NCBI GenBank assembly: GCA_028289135.1 | Contig: JAQGGW010000001.1 | Coordinates: 12,018-76,017, forward strand | Length of the DNA stretch: 64,000 nt | Direction: 5' to 3' | Origin: Candidatus Saccharimonadota bacterium | GTDB taxonomy: Bacteria; Patescibacteriota; Saccharimonadia; Saccharimonadales; JACDBH01 | In this document: positions 36,030 through 43,120 of the stretch, piece after piece | Position numbering within the stretch: the stretch's first letter is position 1 | Layout of the letters: the number at the start of each line of letters is the position of its first letter | Program-made: the position numbers and the translations under genes | The notes under the pieces: model-generated | What the model saw: the letters and a program-made list of their open reading frames with translations, nothing else | What the model was told of the DNA's origin: nothing | Databases searched by the model: none

Positions 36030-37259
36030 TTAGTTAAAATGAATGAATTCAACGCCCGAAGTGACGTAAAGGTCAAGTTCGCTGTAATATCCGCCGATTG
36101 GCCAGTTCATTTGGCTAACGTGTATCGTACCGTCGTCGTTAACGTGCTCAACAATTCCTACGTGCCCTGGGTATGCGAGCGGCATGTAAACAACATCACC
36201 GTGCTGCGGGTTGGAAGTTATAGAGCCATAACTGCCGTCTGGGTGGTTTTTGGCATTTTGCGGCCACTGGTTCGCGTTGCCGCGACCCGCAAGATTAGGC
36301 ACGTTTTTGCCTTCACGGGTTAGGTAGTCGGCAACATAGTGCACGCACTGGCGTGACCATTCAAGCCCCCAGGTGTTTAAGGTTTCAGTTAGGTACTGGT
36401 TGTAATAGGTCCAGCAGTAGCTATACCCGCCACCGCAACTCATTCCGCCTGTGTAATTTTTGTATTTTACAGGTGAGCCGGTTGCGCTTTGGCCGTTCGA
36501 ACCCATAACGGCTGCCAGCGCAGCTGCACGGGCAGCCTCAAGCTGGGCTAAGGCAGATGCGTTTGCTCTAATCTGAGTATCGAGGGCTGCTTGGTCACTC
36601 TGGTTTTGGCCTAATATCCTAGCTTGTTCGGCCCTTTGCTGAGTTTGCTGGTTTTGTAGTTCTGTTTCTTGCTTAATAAGATCAGCCAGCTGTGTTTGCT
36701 GGTCTTTAAGCTGGGCCTTAAGAGATGTAACCCTGGCAAGCGTATCGGTTATTTTATTTTTAACCGTATTGCGGTACTGCTGCTTGTCAAAATATGCGCT
36801 GAGGTCTTTGCTGGTAGCCAGCATTTCTATGGTGCTTATGTCGCCTTCCAGGTACATTGACTTAATGTTTTCACCGAGTATCTTTTTTTGCTGGTCTAGT
36901 TCGGCTTGGGCGGCGACAATCTGGGTCTGTAAGTCATTGCTTTTGGCGGTATTGGCGTCAATCTGTGACTGGGATTCGTTAATTTGCTGCTGGATAGCAT
37001 CAATAGTTGCCTGTAGGCTGTTGGCGTTTACCTGCAATACCTTAATTTGATTTTTTTTCTGGCTATTGTCGGCTTGGATTTGATTAATTTTATCTGTGTA
37101 GTTGTCGGCACGAGCTATTGGGACAGAGACGGCGGTTCCGAGGACAAGCATAATAGAGGCAAACAAAGCTGTCTGTCTCGTGAAGTGTTGGGCTAGATTG
37201 ATTTTGAAATTTTTATTTCGCATGGTTTTGACCTGTTTGCGACTTCTCAATAATACCAC
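36030..37259 (-). CDS. PcsB-like peptidoglycan hydrolase (coiled-coil + C-terminal CHAP domain)
   Basis: Long Q/A-rich coiled coil, then CHAP Cys (RQCVHYVADYL) and His (GHVGIVEH). Immediately downstream of ftsEX. The start may be MRNKNF at 37223. Confidence 0.8.
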   Translation of the reverse strand: MVLLRSRKQVKTMRNKNFKINLAQHFTRQTALFASIMLVLGTAVSVPIARADNYTDKINQIQADNSQKKNQIKVLQVNANSLQATIDAIQQQINESQSQIDANTAKSNDLQTQIVAAQAELDQQKKILGENIKSMYLEGDISTIEMLATSKDLSAYFDKQQYRNTVKNKITDTLARVTSLKAQLKDQQTQLADLIKQETELQNQQTQQRAEQARILGQNQSDQAALDTQIRANASALAQLEAARAAALAAVMGSNGQSATGSPVKYKNYTGGMSCGGGYSYCWTYYNQYLTETLNTWGLEWSRQCVHYVADYLTREGKNVPNLAGRGNANQWPQNAKNHPDGSYGSITSNPQHGDVVYMPLAYPGHVGIVEHVNDDGTIHVSQMNWPIGGYYSELDLYVTSGVEFIHFN

Positions 37260-37432
37260 GGATTCTCCTGTTTGGCAAGATACTTATGGTTACCCTGCTG
37301 GACTATTTACTATAGCACACCACCAATATTATAAACTGAGAGACCCCACAAGGGAACCTTGCGGGGACCCCATATGATAGTTAATTTTAATTTGTAAGCT
37401 ACACACTCCAGTTACAGTCTCTTTCGCTTCAG

Positions 37433-37461
37433 CAAAAAGGCAGGCATAGCCTGACCTTTTT
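37433..37461 (-). terminator. rho-independent terminator after ftsX
   Basis: AAAAAGG(T)CAGGC-TAT-GCCTGCCTTTTT read on the minus strand. Confidence 0.65.
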
Positions 37462-37496
37462 GGTTAAGACAAGATTCCCCATTTTATCGGGTATGG

Positions 37497-38438
37497 TTAT
37501 TTTCGTTTCATGCGGAGGTAGCGTTGGGTCGCTACAAATGACGAGCCGACGCCGATGATGATACCAAGCAAAAGCTGGGCACCGACGATGTTCCAAAAGT
37601 GCATGGCGAAATATTTGCTGGCGTAGGTTATGTCGAGCAAGCCAAAGCTGCTGGCATTGAGTGTGCTGTTGGCGACCGAGAAAACAGCGTTACACATGAC
37701 AATAGAAACGACTGCGGACGAGACGCCGATGAGGAAACTCTCGACCAAAAACGGCCCGCGGATATACCACTTGCCCGCGCCAAGCAGACGCATAATGCTG
37801 AGTTCGTCACGGCGGTTGAAGATTGCCATTTGGATTGTATTAAAGATAATTAAGACTGATATAAACGCGAAGATTATGACTCCAACAATGCCGGCTTTGC
37901 GTATAAAGCTGGTGGCCTTGGCGATTTTGTCGATGGCTTCTTTGCGGTCGCCAGAATAAGACGTCTCATCGGACTGAAGGGCTTTAATTTCAGGCTTTTC
38001 GAGATAAGTTTTAATTGATTCAATATGGTCTGGATCATTAAGCTTGATCTGTAAACTTGCTGGAAGTGGGTTGTCAGTTTGATTAATGGCGACCTGGAGG
38101 TCGACGTTGTCTTTGTTGATATTAATATAATTTTTGAGCGCCTGGTCTTTGCTAATGTAGCTTATTGCTCTGACGTTTTGGATTTTTTTGAGGTCGGTGA
38201 TAAGTCCATTGCGGCGGGTGTCGGTAACGTCGTCTTTTAGGTAGACCGAGATGTCGATTTTGTCGCGGATGGTTTGGACGGTGTAGCTAAATGTGGCGTT
38301 GGCGATAACGGAAAAAAGCACGATGGTGAGCGTAATTATCATAACGGCCATTGCGGCCGCGCTGAGCCAGGCGTTGCGGACAAAGTTGTTCGTGCCGCCT
38401 AAGAAAATTCGCCAAAGTGTGGTAAGTTTGCGCCTCAT
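37497..38438 (-). CDS. ftsX: cell division permease-like protein FtsX
   Basis: Four TM spans, a large first extracytoplasmic loop, 313 aa, downstream of ftsE. Confidence 0.9.
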   Translation of the reverse strand: MRRKLTTLWRIFLGGTNNFVRNAWLSAAAMAVMIITLTIVLFSVIANATFSYTVQTIRDKIDISVYLKDDVTDTRRNGLITDLKKIQNVRAISYISKDQALKNYININKDNVDLQVAINQTDNPLPASLQIKLNDPDHIESIKTYLEKPEIKALQSDETSYSGDRKEAIDKIAKATSFIRKAGIVGVIIFAFISVLIIFNTIQMAIFNRRDELSIMRLLGAGKWYIRGPFLVESFLIGVSSAVVSIVMCNAVFSVANSTLNASSFGLLDITYASKYFAMHFWNIVGAQLLLGIIIGVGSSFVATQRYLRMKRK

Positions 38439-38457
38439 GATGCAGCATGCCGCCTTT

Positions 38458-38591
38458 CTCCCGTTTTAAAGCTCATAGCTTCACTGAGTGAGGCTGAGAC
38501 GAACATCAGGCGCGAAGGCGTATTTTTGGAATACGTCGACAAGCGGTATGTTTGGCTCAGGCCGCTCATGAAGTTAGGAGCTAAACGGGAG
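38458..38591. other. ~135-nt imperfect long hairpin filling the ftsE-ftsX intergenic gap
   Basis: Nested pairings: CTCCCGTTT 38458-66 / AAACGGGAG 38583-91, AGCTC 38470-74 / GAGCT 38578-82, CTGAG..GGCTGAG / GGCTCAGGCC..CTCATGAAG. Apex is CGTATT-TTTGG-AATACG at 38519-38535. Confidence 0.5.
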
Positions 38592-38598
38592 GAATGCG

Positions 38599-39288
38599 TC
38601 ATGCTCTGTACGTCCCGCCGGAATGGTCGCTGGTTACTTTGCCGCCTTCTATCGTGATGACACGGCGCTTAAGCTTGTTGACTATGTCTTGGTTGTGGGT
38701 GGTCAAAAGGACAGTGGTGCCGAAGCGGTTAATTTTTTCGAGTACGCGGATAACGTCCCATGCGTGTTTTGGATCGAGGTTGCCTGTTGGCTCGTCCGCA
38801 ATCAAAATTTTGGGTTGGCGGACGATGGCACGGGCGATTGCCACACGCTGACGTTCACCACCGCTTAGCTCCATGGGCATTGATTTTTCTTTTCCTTTAA
38901 GGCCGACGATGTCGAGTACGCGCGGGACTGTGTGTTTAATTTCTTTTGTGCTGATACCGATAATTTCGAGCGCGAATGCCACGTTTTCAAAAACGGTTTT
39001 GTTGGGCAAAAGTTTAAAGTCCTGGAACACTACGCCAATTCTCCGGCGGAGTCTTGGGACGTCTTTGTCCTTGAGATGTTCGTAGTCAATGCCACCGACA
39101 ATAATTTTGCCAGTGGTTGGCTTTTCTTCACGGGTTAAAAGCTTTAGAAGCGTAGATTTGCCTGCTCCGCTGGGCCCGACTATAATTACAAATTCTTTGG
39201 GTTCAATGTGCAGAGAGATGCGCTCCAGCGCGGTGGAATCGCTTTTTTTGCTGTAACTCTTGCTGACACGGTCTAGTAATATCATCAA
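38599..39288 (-). CDS. ftsE: cell division ATP-binding protein FtsE
   Basis: Walker A GPSGAGKST, signature LSGGERQR, Walker B ILIADEPTG. Confidence 0.95.
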   Translation of the reverse strand: MMILLDRVSKSYSKKSDSTALERISLHIEPKEFVIIVGPSGAGKSTLLKLLTREEKPTTGKIIVGGIDYEHLKDKDVPRLRRRIGVVFQDFKLLPNKTVFENVAFALEIIGISTKEIKHTVPRVLDIVGLKGKEKSMPMELSGGERQRVAIARAIVRQPKILIADEPTGNLDPKHAWDVIRVLEKINRFGTTVLLTTHNQDIVNKLKRRVITIEGGKVTSDHSGGTYRA

Positions 39289-39325
39289 CTGTTAGTATAG
39301 CAAACCGCTCACGCTCGTACGACCC

Positions 39326-40210
39326 CTAAAAGCCTTTGAACTCCAATAAGCGTTTTTGCAAACGAATGTGACGCACTATTAATAAGGTGGCCAAAATAAG
39401 CAGCAACCCGCCGATTACAGAGCTTATCGTTACCGCAGTACCTTGGTTTAAGCGCGCCCACCGGGTAAGCGGCGACAAAGCGCCTTCAGGGTTTTGTACT
39501 GTTATGGTTGTAGCTTCGTTGATGGTTGTGCCGTTGGTCCGTGAAATTTGCATGGCAATTTGGTGGCTGCCGTTGCTGAGCAGTGTGGTGTCGAGCATGT
39601 AGCTTTTTGTGGTTGGGATTGGCTTGCCGTCGGCTGAATAGACAACTTTTAAAACTGCCTCTTCGTTTTGGCTGATGGTTGGGCTTGGAATAATGAGACC
39701 GCTTACGGGACCTGTACTTGGCGATGGAATTTGGGTCGCGCCGCTTATGTCTACGGCGCTTGCGGCTACGCTGTCGGACTGGCAGTTGCTGCCGTCACCT
39801 GCCGGCACGCAGTCGGTTTTTACTAGTAACAGGCGATCTATTTTTACGTCTTTTTCGGTTCCAATAAGCCTAGCCGTGTTTTTGTCAGTGCTGTCGAAAT
39901 TAAAATGGACTTTTGAGCTTAGATCACCGTCCTGGAACGAAACCCACGTCCACTGCCCTGGCGTAATGCTGCTCCCGCCTACTGCAAAACAACTGCCGCC
40001 ATTAATTTCAAGATTGTATTGGTTATGCTCAGTGTCTGGGGTTTGCATACGCGTCCATAGGTTATAGATGCCGCTGCTTGGAAGCGTTGGGATTCTAACC
40101 GTAACAGCGCCAAAGCTGGAGACGTTTTCGCAGGCAGCAATTGCGCGGCTATGGCTTGATGCCACCATAATTAGACTCAGAATCCCTAAGAAAAACGCGC
40201 GCTTCTTCAT
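39326..40210 (-). CDS. secreted protein with C-terminal TM anchor (294 aa), unknown function
   Basis: Signal peptide MKKRAFFLGILSLIMVASSHSRAIA. C-terminal span VIGGLLLILATLLIV followed by basic residues. No SD before the ATG. Confidence 0.6.
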   Translation of the reverse strand: MKKRAFFLGILSLIMVASSHSRAIAACENVSSFGAVTVRIPTLPSSGIYNLWTRMQTPDTEHNQYNLEINGGSCFAVGGSSITPGQWTWVSFQDGDLSSKVHFNFDSTDKNTARLIGTEKDVKIDRLLLVKTDCVPAGDGSNCQSDSVAASAVDISGATQIPSPSTGPVSGLIIPSPTISQNEEAVLKVVYSADGKPIPTTKSYMLDTTLLSNGSHQIAMQISRTNGTTINEATTITVQNPEGALSPLTRWARLNQGTAVTISSVIGGLLLILATLLIVRHIRLQKRLLEFKGF

Positions 40211-40243
40211 GCTTGTGTTTAATTATAACATCTTGGCCCAGTA

Positions 40244-40490
40244 CTGAAGTCTCCCTTTCTTAGCTAAACCCCTTCCATCCTGGCATGCCGCACCCACCTT
40301 TAGGTAAGCTCCCGGTCAAGAGACACAACAAGCCTGCGGAACTTGATGCTATACGCATCTTCAAACAGTCCTCGGCTGGAATTTGTTGTGTCCTTGACGG
40401 AGCTTAGCCTCAAAAAGTGTGTGAGCATGCCAGGCTGTAAGGTGTTTAGCTTGCGGACGCTTAACACTTTTTTGCTACTCATTTCTCATA
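40244..40490 (+). ncRNA. rod-shaped structured element R, copy B (inverted relative to copy A)
   Basis: Closing helix 40262-40274 / 40439-40451. Apical core 40325-40343 and 40361-40380 is identical to the reverse complement of copy A. Terminator-like GTGTTTAGC-N8-GCTTAACAC-TTTTTT at 40442-40473 on the plus strand. Strand is tentative. Confidence 0.55.
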
Positions 40491-40518
40491 ATACTTTAGA
40501 AACACACATATCGTACGG

Positions 40519-40669
40519 AGGACTATTCCCCCAATACTCTCAAAGGTACTAAAGAACCCTGAGAGGAGCCGGGAAATGGCAGATGAGACCAGGCTATTTT
40601 ATATATAGGCTCATCTGCCATTTCACCGCGCGTGAACGGTACCTTTGAGAGTATTGGGGGAATAGTCCT
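40519..40669. repeat. 150-nt near-perfect palindromic element (MITE-like or structured RNA)
   Basis: Perfect 30-bp outer arms at 40520-40549 / 40639-40668. Perfect 15-bp inner arms at 40573-40587 / 40610-40624. AT-rich apex. Confidence 0.6.
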
Positions 40670-40699
40670 GGCAAAAAATAACGTAGGGAGCAGAGGGTT

Positions 40700-41785
40700 T
40701 TAAGCTTCGATGGTGGAGTTGGCGTAGGCGTCAATGAAAGGGTCTAGGCCACCTGCCAGTACGCCTTCGGTGTCGCTGGTTTCGTGGAGGGTGCGGAGGT
40801 CTTTGACCATTTTATAGGGGTGTAGAACATAGCTGCGGATTTGGTTGCCCCATTCAGCGGATTGGTTGACGCCTTTAAGGTCAGCGAGTTTTTCGAGGTG
40901 CTGTTCCATTTGGAGCTGCACTAAGCGGGAGCGAATGATCGTCATGGCGGTTTCGCGGTTTTGGAGCTGTGAGCGTTCGTTTTGGATGGCTACGGTTATG
41001 CCGGTTGGGACATGGGTAATACGAACGGCGGAATCTGTTGTGTTAACGCTTTGCCCGCCTTTGCCGCCGCTTCTATATACATCGATCTTGAGGTCTTTTT
41101 CGTCAATTTCTAGCGCATCCGGCTGATCAATTTTAGGTACCACTTCGACTTTGGCAAATGATGTTTGTCGGAGGCTGTCGGAATTGAATGGACTTAATCT
41201 GACGAGACGGTGGACACCATGCTCCCCTTTTAATTTGCCGTACGCCAGAGGTCCGTCGATTTCCATGGTTACACTTTTTAGTCCCGCTTCTTCGCCTGCC
41301 GACTCGGCAATGGTTGTGACTGTAAAACCGTGAGCTTCGGCCCATCGTACATACATGCGTAGCAGCATTTGCGCCCAATCTTGGGCGTCAGTGCCGCCAG
41401 CACCGGCGTAAATACTCATAATGACGTTGCCTTCGTCGTGCGGTTGGTTGTAGCGGAGTTCGCCTTTGAGCGCGTCGAACTTTTTGCTGAGGTTTTCTAG
41501 CTGCTGCTCAAGTTCTTTTTGCATTGAAGCGTCATTAAGTTCCGCAAGTTCTTTTAAATATGTAGCTTCGGTTATAAGTTCTTGCCAGGGGTCAATCCTG
41601 GATTTTAGTGCAGATTGTTCCTTCATAATCCCGCCAGCTTTTTGTGTGTCTTGCCAAAAATCTGGATTTGTTGTTTGGTCAGCAAGAGTCTTTAGTTGAG
41701 TTTCAAGTTCGGCAAGTTTAATCCGCTCGCAGGCATCAAAAATAACCTGAGCCTGCTCGTTAATCTGTTTTTGTAATGGTTCCAT
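40700..41785 (-). CDS. prfB: peptide chain release factor 2 (single uninterrupted ORF)
   Basis: SPF tripeptide (RLSPFNS) and GGQ (SGGKGGQSVN). 361 aa with an intact N-terminus, so no +1 frameshift site. Confidence 0.95.
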   Translation of the reverse strand: MEPLQKQINEQAQVIFDACERIKLAELETQLKTLADQTTNPDFWQDTQKAGGIMKEQSALKSRIDPWQELITEATYLKELAELNDASMQKELEQQLENLSKKFDALKGELRYNQPHDEGNVIMSIYAGAGGTDAQDWAQMLLRMYVRWAEAHGFTVTTIAESAGEEAGLKSVTMEIDGPLAYGKLKGEHGVHRLVRLSPFNSDSLRQTSFAKVEVVPKIDQPDALEIDEKDLKIDVYRSGGKGGQSVNTTDSAVRITHVPTGITVAIQNERSQLQNRETAMTIIRSRLVQLQMEQHLEKLADLKGVNQSAEWGNQIRSYVLHPYKMVKDLRTLHETSDTEGVLAGGLDPFIDAYANSTIEA

Positions 41786-41826
41786 TGGTGTTAGTATAGC
41801 CTAACTTTATTGAAGTTATTGATGCT

Positions 41827-43119
41827 TCAGTCTTTGTTTTGCCAGAGTTGGGCAATTTGTTCGTGGAGTTCATCGGCCATGGGTTTGCCAGCGCTGCCTA
41901 AGAAGCCGATGGCCCAGGTTTTGTCTTGGAACATTAGCTCGGTAGTTTTGATAATCTTGGTCTTAGTTACGGCTTTAATGCGTTCTGGAAGTGCGTAGTA
42001 GTCATCAATTTCGTCTTCAAAATAAAAACGGTTTGTATAGCCAGCTGCCGTTCCACCGATGGTTTGGCCACTGCGTTGGTAGCGCCCTAGCATGTATTGT
42101 TTGGCGGCTTCGATGTCAGCTTCAACTATTTCGCCTTCGCGTACGGCGTTAAGTTCGCGGACGATAATATCGAATAATGGCTTGGCATTTTGGGGCATAA
42201 TCTGGGCGCCAAACCACCATGATACGTTGCTGGTCATTTGGTTAAAGCCGGAACTCATAGAATAGACCAAGCCTTTTTCGCGTGCGGAACCAAGAATCCG
42301 GGAATAAAGCGTTTCGGTAAGCATCGTGTTGATCAGCTGGCCGGCGTCCCATTCATCTTCGTTGAGCTTTTCTAGATGGAAAGTGTCCATAATAAAATAG
42401 AGGTTTTTGACACTTTGGTTGCGTAGATAAAGCGGCTTAGTACGAGCAATTGGCTCTTCGAGCGGCAACGGAATGCGGCCCTTGCCTTTGGCAAGCTCCA
42501 TTTCCTCAAGCATGCGGATAATTGTCGCCTTGTGACCCTTGATGCTGCCGGCGAAAACAAAGCGCATGTTGCTGGTGGTATGGGTTCGTTTGTAGTGGGC
42601 TTCGATATCTTTTTTGGTGTTGTTTTGCAGGATCTTAAGCCGTTCGCGGTCGGTCATGCCTTGGTAGCCGCAGTATTTGCGCATCGCCAGGCTGAGGTGC
42701 CTAAAGTGGTTATTGGCGCGGCCGTTTAGCTCTTCGCGGACATTGCCCATTTCGGCTTCAAATTCTTCGTCCAGGAACAGAGGCTGGCTGATCGATAGCA
42801 GCATGAGCTCCAAAATCCGTTCCCACTCAAATGCCGCGCATTCTGCTTCGTAGGTAATGTCATAAACACCGGTGCTGGCGTTGTTGTAGGCGCCATTTTT
42901 TTCGAATTCGGCCTGGAAAATCCGGGCTTTTGGATGCAGTTTATTGGCGCCCAGCAAAATGTGTTCCATGAGGTGCGGGGTTTCCCACTTGGCAGGATCA
43001 ACTAGGTATTCGCCGGCACGAAAGTTGAACTCAAAAGTCATCACTTGGGCATCGGCCACGTCAATCAACAGGCCCTCTGCCCCATTTGCAAGCTTTATTC
43101 GTTCAACGATATGCTTCAC
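41827..43119 (-). CDS. M16 (pitrilysin/insulinase) family zinc peptidase
   Basis: HxxEH motif HLMEH. The ORF track extends to 43278 but that would overlap secA by 158 nt. In-frame GTG at 43119 sits 1 nt after the secA stop. Confidence 0.8.
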   Translation of the reverse strand: MKHIVERIKLANGAEGLLIDVADAQVMTFEFNFRAGEYLVDPAKWETPHLMEHILLGANKLHPKARIFQAEFEKNGAYNNASTGVYDITYEAECAAFEWERILELMLLSISQPLFLDEEFEAEMGNVREELNGRANNHFRHLSLAMRKYCGYQGMTDRERLKILQNNTKKDIEAHYKRTHTTSNMRFVFAGSIKGHKATIIRMLEEMELAKGKGRIPLPLEEPIARTKPLYLRNQSVKNLYFIMDTFHLEKLNEDEWDAGQLINTMLTETLYSRILGSAREKGLVYSMSSGFNQMTSNVSWWFGAQIMPQNAKPLFDIIVRELNAVREGEIVEADIEAAKQYMLGRYQRSGQTIGGTAAGYTNRFYFEDEIDDYYALPERIKAVTKTKIIKTTELMFQDKTWAIGFLGSAGKPMADELHEQIAQLWQNKD

Positions 43120-43120
43120 G

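Noticed and set aside
37260-37496. A cyclic-di-AMP (ydaO-type) riboswitch in the leader of the CHAP hydrolase gene, suggested by the hairpin CCCCGCAAGG-TTC-CCTTGTGGGG.
   Set aside because: The conserved ydaO blocks (GGGGGACCCA, GGGGUGAAUC, CCCGAACCCG, AGCUAACC) are absent. Only a single hairpin and the ftsX terminator are visible.
40300-40552. Track ORFs 40300-40482 (minus) and 40343-40552 (plus) as small protein genes.
   Set aside because: They lie inside the paired arms of element R copy B, lack SD sequences, and mirror each other on opposite strands. That is the expected outcome for a palindromic RNA-like region.
40700-41785. The programmed +1 frameshift site expected in prfB.
   Set aside because: The ORF is continuous from a plausible N-terminus through the region where the CUU UGA C site normally lies. 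RF2 is encoded in a single frame here.
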